Part shown: positions 24,949 through 36,155 of the stretch, in pieces
Numbering within the stretch: position 1 is the stretch's first letter
How the letters are laid out: every line of letters begins with the position of its first letter
NCBI GenBank assembly: GCA_030141605.1
Contig: JAQGDQ010000739.1
Location: forward strand, 18,165-82,164
DNA length: 64,000 nucleotides
Reading direction: 5' to 3'
Source of the DNA: Tubiluchus corallicola
Taxonomy: Eukaryota > Animalia > Priapulida
Position numbers and translations under genes: made by a program
The notes under the pieces: model-generated
What the model was told of the DNA's origin: nothing
What the model saw: only the letters and a program-made list of their open reading frames with translations
Databases searched by the model: none

Positions 24949-25794
24949 CTTTCACTATGGCAGCATGTTTCTGTTGCACTGTTTATATTGCGGCACCCCG
25001 TATTTCGTTAATATGTACAAACGATCAAGTGGAATGAGGCATTTCTCCCCAAGTGCGAGGAATCGATAGATTGCTGCTGTGTGTTGGACAATTGGATTGT
25101 GTTTGTGTGGAACATTGTCTAATACGTCCCTTCCGCAGGATGTTACATGCATCGCTGCCTCCAATTCTGTCCACTTTTAGTCGCGCATTCCCAATTACGT
25201 CCAATTTTCTTGTCTTGTGCTGTTTATCCTCTGCCCACGTACTTCATCATCTGAAAGTGGTACATCTAGTAGGCATTTCTAATTACTGTGACGTCAGCAG
25301 TATGTAGAACACCGACGTGTACCTGTCTGACGTCTATCTGACTTTGTTGGTTTTATATATTTGCATGTAATTAATTTTATATACGTACGAGTGCCTTGCA
25401 ATAACTCACTTGTCTGTTTTGTGTTCTAAACGAAAACAAGAAAGCTCATATTAACAAAAATTATACGCAATAAAAGAACGCGGCTCAACCCAAGTACGAA
25501 GAGCAGAAAAATCACTAAATACTAGTTTACTAATCATTAGTTATTAACGATTAGTAATTAGTTATACTGTTTGTACACTTGTATTTTTCGCTTGTATTGT
25601 ACGCTTGTATTTTTCCGTTTTTCTTGTTGTGAATGTTGACCTTTTGGTGACATTTTGCTGACTATTGACCTTCATAATTATCTGGTGCAGAATTACACTG
25701 CACTAATGAATTACTTTAATGGATTATTTTTTTCAGGATTTGCAACGATGCGGTTGCCGTGGAGTAGCCTGTCTTGTAGCACTCCGCTGAGAAG

Positions 25795-27292
25795 ATGTCA
25801 TCGAGTGACAGCAATTCCGTAACCATATTTCCAGGTGGCAGCTCTATACCGGGACATGTGCCGTTCAAATCCCCACCAGACTACTATCATAATCACAATG
25901 TTGCTGGGCAGGTAGTGCCCAACAATGCTGCTCTTATGCAGTCAAGTGGTTCCGTCAAACCCTCTCGGTCTTATCCGGGTGCTATGATGGCCCGGGAGTT
26001 AGCCGCTGCTCGGACATCACATAGTCCGCCCCCGTTTCCGAGGGGTCAGAGCCCTGTGGTGTCGCAGACTCCCCAACAGCATCGTGGTCAGAGCCCTGTG
26101 ACGAGGACGTCTTCTTCACCTTCTTCCCAAGGACGAACAAACGGGATGATTCACAAGTCGGCACTACGACGTACGGTGCATGCCGGTTCCGGCAACGGCA
26201 TGTACGGAAAATCAAGACTTGCTTACGATTCTGGTGATGTACATAGTAGTGGTGACAGTTCAAAGCCACCTGTACGTATGAGGACCAATTCTTTATCCAG
26301 TGCACAGAATCCTAGAAAACGCAACAGCAATGATACGCCAAACATCGTTGTCAATCATCACACGCGTAGTCCTAACAAAAGCGGCATCTATCGCAGTAAC
26401 AGCAGTTTAGAATTTGAAGAGGTCGAAGAAAAGTCACCCCTTCGACGAGAATATGGCAGTGCCTCTTCCATTGATGTGATGAGCAATAGCGGAGATAGTT
26501 TCTTTGCAATGTTGAAGGATTTTGGCACCGGCGGCGTGGACCAAAGAAGTCCGGGACCGCAGCATCTTACCCAATATCTGCACGGCAAGGCAATCACCTT
26601 GCCGTCAGGGGCATCGCCGGCTTCCTCTAATGGATATGATGACGGCGATGGAGGAAAGTCGAGATTTAGTAAGCTTGCGAAAATGAAGGACAAGGATAAG
26701 TTAAAAGCTTGGACATTAAAAATGTTTAGCTCTACTGACCGTGCGAAATCGGAAATGGATAATTTAAGTGCGCGGGTTCTTAACGAGGACGCTGAAACGA
26801 GGTTAGAGGAGAAGTTACGGCGCAAGTCGTTTGCCCATCACGACGTGCAGAGCATGACTGTGAATTTACTAGACGTGGTGAGAAATCGCAATTCTCTGAC
26901 TCGCCGTCGTAACACGACGACGGGCGCTTCTGCTGCTTCCATGGTGCGGACTAACAACACGCCAGATGGCAGCACGGAAGATCTGCGCGATGAAGAAAGT
27001 GATCCCGGCGACGGGAAGAACAACGAACTCATTGTTTCTTGTCCATTTTTCCGGAATGAACTGGGAGGCGAGGAGGTGCAGTGTGTTAGCTTGAGCCGTA
27101 GGAACTGTTGTCGAGTGTCAAACTCTTCTCCAGTGGGGTCCACTTCTGCTCCTAAAGGACCGACATTACGGCCGTCTAATGCGACCGGATTGTCTGTGTT
27201 AGATTCCTATAAGGACAACGAAGGAAAGAAGTACATTATTGAGAGGGTTGATAAAGGATGCATGTATTACCGCAAGTACTTTTTGGAGAAAG
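25795..27292 (+). CDS. SIPA1L: SIPA1-like (SPAR/SIPA1L) Rap GTPase-activating protein, coding exon 1 (exon begins at 25737)
   Basis: Acceptor TTTTTTTCAG| at 25736 and an in-frame upstream TAG at 25777 fix the ATG at 25795. SIPA1L N-terminal motifs are present: LRREYGSASSID, FAHHDVQSM, RRRNTTTGASAAS, DGKNNELIVSCPFFRNELGGE, IERVDKGCMYYRKYF. Donor AAG|GTATGT, phase 1. Confidence 0.93.
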
Positions 27293-27518
27293 GTATGTAT
27301 CTTTTTACACAAAATGTTCTAATCAATACCACTTGTGATAAAGAGCTAACAGAAGGTTGAAAATGTGAATTAAAATTCAGAAAAATTGAATTCTCGGAAC
27401 TAATTTTGCCTGTATTACTAGATGTACCTCTTTGATTGAGACTGTACTTATCAGTAAAATATTTTTTTGATAAAAGTAAGATGCTCAAAGTAAAAGGATG
27501 ATAAATAAGCAGCTGTTT

Positions 27519-28135
27519 TGTATCTAAGAATGTTGACAACAAAACCCGAGAAGCAGAATTCAGCAATGTATCTAAGAATGTTGACAACAAAACCCGAGAA
27601 GCAGAATTCAGCAATGTATCTAAGAATGTTGACAGCAAAACCCGAGAAGCAGAAGTCAGCAATGTATCTAAGAATGTTGACAACAAAACCCGAGAAGCAG
27701 AATTCAGCAATGTATCTAAGAATGTTGACAACAAAACCCGAGAAGCAGAATTCAGCAATGTATCTAAGAATGTTGACAACAAAACCCGAGAAGCAGAATT
27801 CGGCAATGTATCTAAGAATGTTGACAACAAAACCCGAGAAGGAGAATTCAGCAATGTATCTAAGAATGTTGACAACAAAACCCGAGAAGGAGAATTCAGC
27901 AATGTATCTAAGAATGTTGACAACAAAACCCGAGAAGCAGAATTCAGCAATGTATCTAAGAATGTTGACAACAAAACCCGAGAAGCAGAATTCAGCAATG
28001 TATCTAAGAATGTTGACAACAAAACCCGAGAAGGAGAATTCAGCAATGTATCTAAGAATGTTGACAACAAAACCCGAGAAGGAGAATTCAGCAATGTATC
28101 TAAGAATGTTGACAAGAAAACCCGAGAAGCAGAAG
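27519..28135. repeat. 48-bp tandem repeat, about 13 copies (intronic)
   Basis: Unit TGTATCTAAGAATGTTGACAACAAAACCCGAGAAG(C/G)AGAATTCAGCAA. It explains the 16-aa periodic ORFs on both strands. Confidence 0.97.
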
Positions 28136-30040
28136 CGCGTTACTAGGGCATTTTATTGAACATTGTTGCTGTACTTTTTCAAACTGACAAATGGGGTCTA
28201 TTATTTAGTTTGTGCATTTTGTGTTAAAAAGTGAGTCGGTTGCCTGGATGAGGGGGAAGGTTACGAGTATCAACTGATCGCATCAGCTCCGCTTAATTGT
28301 CTACAAATTGCATGAAGTTGCCCAGCGTGCCATTATTCAGCGAAACTTGTAGGTTCTGCTTCAATTCTTTCGCTTGTTTGCAAACCTGTTCCTGCTTTTT
28401 CATTCACCTAGGCAGGTTATTGATTACCTATATGTGCAATGCACACCAGTGTAGCACAGTCATTGATCAAGAGGAGGGGGGCATGTGAAAGAGTTGGCAG
28501 CTGTAATGAGCTTGCAGTTTAAATTCAGATGTGCGAGGGACTGGAGATTGAGGTACTCGTGATGAAGCTCGTTTAACAAAATGTTTTATTGCATTTCACC
28601 GTCCCACAAGCGCCAGTCCACCACTCAGCGGCAGGTCTACTTAATGATGACAATGGTTGTGGTAGGATCTGAACATAGCTCATTATATATCAAGGCAGTT
28701 CTCCTCCAAGATGAAACATCAAACTAACAAACGTATTTTAGCTGCATTTGAAAGTGAATACATCCTCTCTCTCTTCTATCAATGAGGCAAACAGCCAGAA
28801 TCACTATGGTGAAAGAAACTTCCCAGAATGAGTATTGAACTTGAGTATGGTTACCCATCCGCTCACTGACCAACCTTGGTATTTCTCACTTTTGTTCGGA
28901 AAGCACAAACGCGAACACTTGGCTGTTACTTCGGCTTCGCTTGCTCCCATCAAGTTGCTTGATGTACGATGTAAATTGGCTGCTATATGACCGAGCTCAG
29001 TCAGTTTTCCACTTAGATTCTGAGGGTCGTATGCGATTATGAAAGTGTGCGTTGGTCTAGATTGGTCTATAGTGTGCTGAATGTGCGATGGCAGCGACTG
29101 GGTTAATGTGATAGTGGATTTAAGATGTGCGGAATGTGCGATGGTGGCCACAAAGGGTTTAAGTATTGGTTTTCCAGTAATGGTAAGTTCAGGGTGTGCA
29201 GAGTGTGCATTGGAAACTATAGAGTTTCAGTTACTTGTATGTATCAACTAGTATGTGCGGAAATGCGCGATAGAGTACTTTCGTGAGCCATTTGTAATTT
29301 TGTTCCGCACCCTGTGATGTTACGTGAGCTGTTGGTTAATACATGCATACTTTTTCTTAAGTATGCATTCTTGCAGTATACCAAATCATGTATAAAAAAT
29401 ATAGTCGTATATTTTTCGTATAATCGTATAAAAAATCTAAAATAAAATATAAATATATTACATCAGAATTATGATAAAAATCATGCACCTTTCTTTCCAA
29501 ATCTTTTCGAGTGCTCATTCTTGACTTTACAAGTTTAAATTTCAAATAAGGGAATGTTTTCCACTGTAAATTATTGCTCACGTGTAACCGCTTTTTGACG
29601 TTTTACTGTGAGAAGATAAAACTACGACCATAATTCTTGCTGCACGGAAAATTGCCTCGCCTTATTGTCAACTCACGCTTAATTGATGGCGCAACGCTGT
29701 GAATGTCTATCAGTGGTTCTTCTCTTAGACCAGGCGCCATGGTTTTATCTTAGACACATTAAGCGCGACTTTATCGGTCATAATAATTAAAATCAAAATT
29801 TCCCCTGGATGTAAAACTTGAGAAACGTGGTCGCCATAGTGATCGACGTATTTTGTTCTTTTGTGACGTCAGCATGACGTCACACTGAAATTGCAGCATG
29901 GAAAGGCTTCATGTCTTTGTGATTTCTATGTGTTGGATTAAGGTGACTCCAATCTAGAAAAGACTGGGCAACCAAACTTATAAGATATAGTTCAAGACAA
30001 AGTATGTATTTTAATGGAACCATGGATGCCCTTGGTCAAT

Positions 30041-30355
30041 AACCAAGGTCAAAAGCTGCGAGTTTCGGATTGACGAGTTTGACAATAAAGATGAAAAGAA
30101 AATTTTTAAGGGAAATCTGCAGTAGTAGTGGTCAGTGACTGCCTGGTGTCGTTGGGGGGGGGGGAGGATATAATTGATGACCCAGTTGTGTGTCAAGGTC
30201 AAAAGTTGTAATTTCATGTTGACAGGTTTAGCAAGTGAACTAAAAAGCAAGATTCTAAGAAAAGTGCAATAGTGGTGGTCTGTGACTGGCACGGTTGGGT
30301 CCTTTGGTGGGAGAGGGGAGTAGTTAATGAACCAGCATGTAGGTAAAGGTCAAAA
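30041..30355. repeat. Diverged tandem duplication of about 150 bp, each unit starting with AAGGTCAAAA
   Basis: AAGGTCAAAA occurs at about 30046, 30196 and 30347, with aligned GTAGTGGTCAGTGACTG / GTGGTGGTCTGTGACTG blocks. Confidence 0.7.
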
Positions 30356-30593
30356 TCGCATTAATTCTAGAGCTGCTAAATGTTGATATACCAGTAATCT
30401 TATTGTGTCATAATAAGGTGGACGATTTGTGAAGGAATCGATGGTAACCCCGAGTATGCGGTTTAAATTTAAGTTTAAGTTTAAACAACTTTGCAACAGG
30501 AAAAGTCGGTTGTTATGTTATTGTTGATGATCTAACTTATGCGGTTTGTAGTCGACGGTAGTGATGGAATAGTCTCTGGTATATACAAATTTA

Positions 30594-30629
30594 TACACAT
30601 GCGCACACACACACGCGCACACACACACG

Positions 30630-30676
<47 letters not shown>
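30594..30676. repeat. (CA)n microsatellite
   Basis: Read directly. Confidence 0.97.
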
Positions 30677-30677
<1 letters not shown>

Positions 30678-32721
30678 AATATATTTTATAGAAGTAAGTT
30701 AAAAACATAAAACAAGTTGCAAACAGGGAGCAAACACGTGAGTTTTGTGTAAACTTCTAACAACTCTACTTTCCTTGTTACATTTGTGTGTTTTTCATCA
30801 AGGAATCTGAGAAAATAAAGAATAATTACTTAAAAAGTTACAATTAACAACCATAATAAGATTGTGAAAATATATTTTTATTGCGAAATTTAAATTTAAA
30901 CTGAATACGGGACATTTGGGTGTCACTGAACGGTCAGTACTGGGCAGCGGACAAAATTATCAAATATGGGACATGTCCCATATATAAGGAACGTCTGACA
31001 AGGTGACAACACTGCCCTAATCTCGTGTAAGTGGTGACTACAAAGTAAGGGTTGTTACAGACACAGATACTCGATTGAGCAAGCGCATACAACTTATTGT
31101 AAGAAGTCAGGTTGATAATTAGTTGGTTAGTTTAAGCAGTTTTATTACATTAGTGTGCGCTTTTTAGCTTTGGAATAAATGGTACGGGTTATGCCCTAGA
31201 AAAGACTGGTGCTAAACGTAATCTTAAACTACAAAGTGTGGACCCCTCCGTCTTGTGAAATTCTCTGAGTTTGCTAATGTTTCACCTGAGTTATTTCAAG
31301 CTTACTTAGCCCACGCATTGCTGATGATTTGATTTAGCTCAATGTCAGCTAAGCAGAGTATAATTTTCAAGTTTTTAATTAGGTTTAGTTTATTTTACTC
31401 GTGTAAGTTTTTTAGTTCGGATTAGTTTATTTTACTCGTGTAAGATTTTTAATTCGGTTGAGTTTATTTTACTCCGATGGTCCACCGTGGCGAATAGTGC
31501 GTGGCTTGGCGTTAAAGCAGTTCTTAAAGTTAACAGTGTTGTTCCTGTTGAGTAACTAGACGTGCGACCTTTATATTACATATGTGCAACATTATTCGCA
31601 TTGAGAGGAGAAGAGAGGGTGTGTAGGTTTTGGCGCTGTTAGTTTTATTCATTTTCTAGAACCTCCCCAGAAGTATATAGCGCCAAGCAAATTTAAATTG
31701 TAACACCGTCACGGTGGACAGTACGTGCAGTGTGTGTGTAGCGTGAACAGCAACGTCAAATCTTCGTCTACAGTAGATTACTACTTATCTCCCCCCGGGG
31801 GGTGAGAATTCTACAACCGTTGAGCAGGTGAAAACGGCTCTGTGAAAACAACTTTCATTATTTCCTGTCCACTTATCATCAGCCTGTTGGTGGCGCTGAG
31901 AGCAGTTTTTCTAGTTTGCTTTTCGTGAGAAGAACGTTACTAGATTCTGTCTTCTGTGTTTTATCACACGTGATAATGTATTGTCGAATTTTAAGGTTAA
32001 AAATTAACAAATCTGTCTATCCATAAGGACGCAATCATATATAGTTAAATATTTGCCTTTTCCCTGTTTAAAATTACCGAAAGAAGACCAGTAGCCACTC
32101 AATATATGGCCTCCAATCAATTATAATGCTATTTTAATATACCACTATGTAAATTAAGCATACACTGTGGTCGTTTCTTCTCCTCTTTTCCTTCTTCCTA
32201 TCCCTAATCTTACTATTTTTTTCCATTCCATCATGTCTACTAACCCCAACCATTCTTTCATTCACTCATTTGTGCCACCTTAACAAGCCAAGCTTTCAAG
32301 GTGTCATACAGCAACTCTTTTATTTGGTTATTTTCACTTCATCAACGTTTTTTTTTACCTATACTGTTTCTTTTCGTTTCAATAATATTGTATGTTGATG
32401 TATTGTATATGTATTGCTGGAGTGAAATAAATTAATTGAAGTCAGGAGCCGATGGAGGATTAAACATTGGAATAAACACGTAATTAATTTTTGGAAATTT
32501 TGGAACAAACCCTCACTAAATTTAGATAGAAAAGATGAAAAGTTCATAACAATGGAGTGTAGTCAATAAACATGAAATTCAAATCATAAATATTATTGCC
32601 CTATAGTAATTACTAATTACTGTAGCACGTGGGTAAACTGAACTGATACTTGGAAACGTACGATTTATGGTAATCTAAAAGGCTTGAATTAAAAAAAACC
32701 TGCTGTGATCATAAGCTGATA

Positions 32722-32790
32722 AGTTGCTGTGTGGTCTCGTGGTCATGGTAATGGTGTGTAATGCTATGGTCCTTAGTTCAAACCCAGGCT
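32722..32790 (+). mobile_element. tRNA-derived SINE-like head (degenerate)
   Basis: A-box-like TGGTCTCGTGG and B-box-like GTTCAAACCC sit at tRNA spacing. There is no intact cloverleaf. Confidence 0.45.
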
Positions 32791-34688
32791 TTGTCACTTC
32801 TTTTTCATGTAAAATTATCTTCATTGAGAGGAGTTACAGAAAACCGTTTATTTGTTTATCATGTTGTTTTAAAATTCTTAACAACAATCGGCTTATGTTT
32901 AAACAGCTTATATAATCAAAAACTGACAGGGCAGAAAAAATAATTCTTGTAAACTTAGTTCGCGCTAACAGTATATTGCTTTGTGAGAGAACTTTGAATT
33001 GACCTATTTTGTAGATTTGTTTCTTTAAAATTTATTAATTTTGAGAGTGAAATCAAAATTTTCGTTGTAAGAATATTTATCTTTTTACACTCGCTGGAAT
33101 TTGGTACATCGACTGTGCCTCCTTGTTGCACGTTTATAGGTTTTCAAAATCCGCCCACTTTTGTATAAAAGAATATCGTTATTGCGGCTCAGTGGCGGTG
33201 TAGGGAATCTCGTTATTTCCGCCACCAGTTCAACAGTTTTCTGTAAATCCAAATATTTGTCCAGGTATTTCCTGCTGTATATCTCGTGTGTTTAATTGAC
33301 TGTATTTGCTCAATATTTCGCTGCGCGGATTCAGAAAATAGGCTTAGTAGCGGCGGCTCTGTTCAAGTTTGAACCAAAGAATGTTTTTTGTTGAAAACTC
33401 TTCTGATATGAGGAGGCGTTCTGTTGAATGTAATACCGCACATTTCTTCTTGTTCATTAAAAATTAAACAGAAATCGCAATTAATCGTAAATTCTGTTTG
33501 CAGAAGATTCTCAGAGTTTTTACGTTGTGCATAATTGCAATACTCTATTCCTCATTGTAGTTCCTACACAGTTAACCGTACAATCATTTGCAAAAGTTTA
33601 AGACCAAAGTGATTTTTTCATGAAAATTGACAAAACCATCGTTTAACAGGGTTCCATCTAAAAACTATTCATTTATTCTTCTAGAAAAATATACTACAGT
33701 ATAGTTTGTATGTTTTTACTCAAAAATAGTCACAGTCCTTGAACTTTTTAGTACTTTGTATGGCCGCCGAAGTTGCCAATCACTGCCTTCATTCTAAGAG
33801 GCATACTGGAAATTAGGTTTTAGCAGTACTTGGAAGTAATTTCTTTAACCCAAACGTCCTTGATAACTCTTCGCAAGTCTTCAGCACTTGATGGCTGCCT
33901 GTCAGCCACCTTATCCTTCAGTATCTCCCAGAGATTCTCTATCGGATTGGGGTCCTGGCTGTATAAGACAGAGTGGTCAGAAGGCGTTTGTGGTGTGCTA
34001 GGAAATTTCCTGGATTGTTCTCTAACTGTTTGTGATGTGTTAGTTACTTTTTGAAATTAATGTTCTGTAGTTTCCCTGCTATTACCCGGTCGGTTTTGTA
34101 CGTTCTTGCTATTGTTATTTTATTACCTTGTGTACAGAGCATTGCGTTGTGCAAGATGTGGTCAATTATTACACGTTGCGCGAATTTTTTTCATTGGCGG
34201 CTGTTTGTACAGCTATATCTAGTAGGCCAAAAATAAATGTTTATATGAAGTGGAAATTTTAAGTTTAATAATTAACATGCTGCACTTCACACTCGTAGAA
34301 TAAAAGCTTGAATGCGTCTAGTATAAGGCAAGCTACAGCGCTGTACGAACCTGGCGGCATTATCAAACGATTAATGCAGGAAAAATTATTTTCGCCCTTT
34401 TTTCTCTGTAAATTGAACTTTATGACTTTATTGGGTTTAATGCTCCATGCAGTATGAGACTGGTTTTATCTAATAGAGCCTGTATAGGATCGAGTTACAG
34501 TCGTTGACTGGGGAGTGAGGACCTACCACCACCTCCTGCTTGATGTATGAAGCATTGTCTTGGGGCTGTTGACCTGCCATTATTGCTAAACCCTTTGTTG
34601 TAAAGCTACTGTTTATTTTTTATTTTTCCGCAATGTTACTTCTCACTCTAGGTAAGGTTGGTGGTGTTTCTGGTGTAATTGTGGCAGA

Positions 34689-34728
34689 GTTGTTGTTGTT
34701 GCTGCTGCTGCTGTTGTTGTTGTTGTTG

Positions 34729-34773
<45 letters not shown>

Positions 34774-34777
34774 TTGT

Positions 34778-34838
<61 letters not shown>

Positions 34839-34926
34839 GCTGCTGCTGCTGCTGCTGTTGTTGTTGTTGTTGCAGTTGCGCTGTTGCTGTTGTTGGTGTT
34901 GCTGCTGTTGTTGTTGTTCTTGCTGC

Positions 34927-34958
<32 letters not shown>

Positions 34959-35025
34959 TTGTTACTGTTGCTGCTGTTGCGCTGTTGCTGTTGTTGGTGT
35001 TGTTGCTACTGCAGCAGCAGTAGTA
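34689..35025. repeat. Compound (TTG)n/(CTG)n trinucleotide tract
   Basis: Read directly. It is the source of the poly-Leu and poly-Cys pseudo-ORFs. Confidence 0.97.
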
Positions 35026-35698
35026 GCCGATGTCTCATCTTAGACCAGTCACCAACAGCTGTTTAGTTTCTTTTCTGTGCTTTATCTCATTTTGTGAGAT
35101 TATCTATATTAGTTAGTTAAAATACCAGTCCCGCCACAAGCATATACATTAAATATTATTGGATCCTGGGTTGTTCCAGAATGTCGGCCGCTGAAATAAA
35201 TTTAATGAAAATTGACTACAGTAGCAGCTTTTAAAATGTTTCGTGCAAACTTTCGGGGACTCGACGAGAAAATACAACTCGTCTAGATTGTCTGGTATGC
35301 GAAGAATAATTTGAACCAGAGAGTGTAAATCTCTTGCAAAATTTCTGACGATAAACCAGCAAAATTGCAAAATTTTATTGAAGCGAATTGTTAATTTAAG
35401 TTTTTCAGTGATGGGCGAAATCATTTACGAAATGTATTTAACCAGGTTTACCAGTTTGGCGCATATATTTGATAAAAATGCTAACATGATTTTTATTAAA
35501 AGTTGAAGCTTATGAGTGAATCGTCGACATTTGACAAGCACTAAACGTATAAGTTACATGTTCAGTTCCCGGACTGGAGAATTATTTATCGCACTAGCAA
35601 AACTATCTATTTCAAGTAGAATTAAAATGTGAATATATGTAATAGTAATAGAAAATTTCATTTATCCATCATAGTATAACTCTTAATTCCTGCATTAA

Positions 35699-35737
35699 GG
35701 GGGGAGGGAGAGAGAGAGAGAGGGGGAGAAAGAGAGA

Positions 35738-35824
<87 letters not shown>

Positions 35825-35828
35825 ACAG
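35699..35828. repeat. (GA)n microsatellite / purine tract
   Basis: Read directly. Confidence 0.97.
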
Positions 35829-36036
35829 ATAGACCATTCAAAGCCTGTAACCATTAGATTCCGGAAAACATTCTTTGTATAGAACAATAGCAACTAAAGT
35901 TTGAGCACTTGAAAACGCACTTCTAAAGCAGGTCCAGCATTATAACGATCAGCAGTAAATGCTCATGGGATAATTTGACGGTAAATTGCACTAAACTCTG
36001 ATTGGACAGTATTGATTTGAAAATTTCATCTTGCAG

Positions 36037-36155
36037 ATCATCAGAACTACTTTGGTATTGAGGAGAATGTGGGACCAGTTGCTGTTAGCATACGCCGAGA
36101 AAGACTTGCCAATAGTCCGCAATTTATACACAGGATTATAGTCAGGACCAGTGAG
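36037..36155 (+). CDS. SIPA1L: SIPA1L-like coding exon 2
   Basis: TTTCATCTTGCAG| ... GAG|GTAACA. Encodes (D)HQNYFGIEENVGPVAVSIRRERLANSPQFIHRIIVRTSE, matching the SIPA1L motif NYFG.DENLGPVAVSIRRE...YRII.RTSE. Phase 1 to 0. Confidence 0.95.

Noticed and set aside
25982-27143. Antisense ORFs of 101-145 aa within coding exon 1
   Set aside because: They are shadow ORFs of a GC-richer coding exon, with no independent evidence.
27293-27360. C-terminal tail (GMYLFTQNVL...) of the 521-aa ORF
   Set aside because: It is intron read-through. The donor at 27292/27293 joins in phase to the conserved exon at 36037.
27267-28159. 282-aa and 213-aa periodic ORFs on opposite strands
   Set aside because: They are artefacts of a 48-bp intronic tandem repeat, with no support as exons.
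30880-31015. One end of a further TIR element (AATACGGGAC / AATATGGGAC motifs ... GACAACACTG)
   Set aside because: No matching other end or TSD could be identified.
32722-32790. Functional tRNA gene
   Set aside because: A/B-box-like motifs are present but there is no consistent cloverleaf pairing. I treated it as a SINE-like remnant.
34000-34011. Palindromic AGGAAATTTCCT as an NF-kB site
   Set aside because: It is a single imperfect match, lacking the GGG start, in 64 kb of AT-rich DNA and is expected by chance.
34633-35066. Poly-Leu/poly-Cys (or antisense poly-Gln) ORFs
   Set aside because: This is a trinucleotide microsatellite inside an intron, with no flanking coding context.
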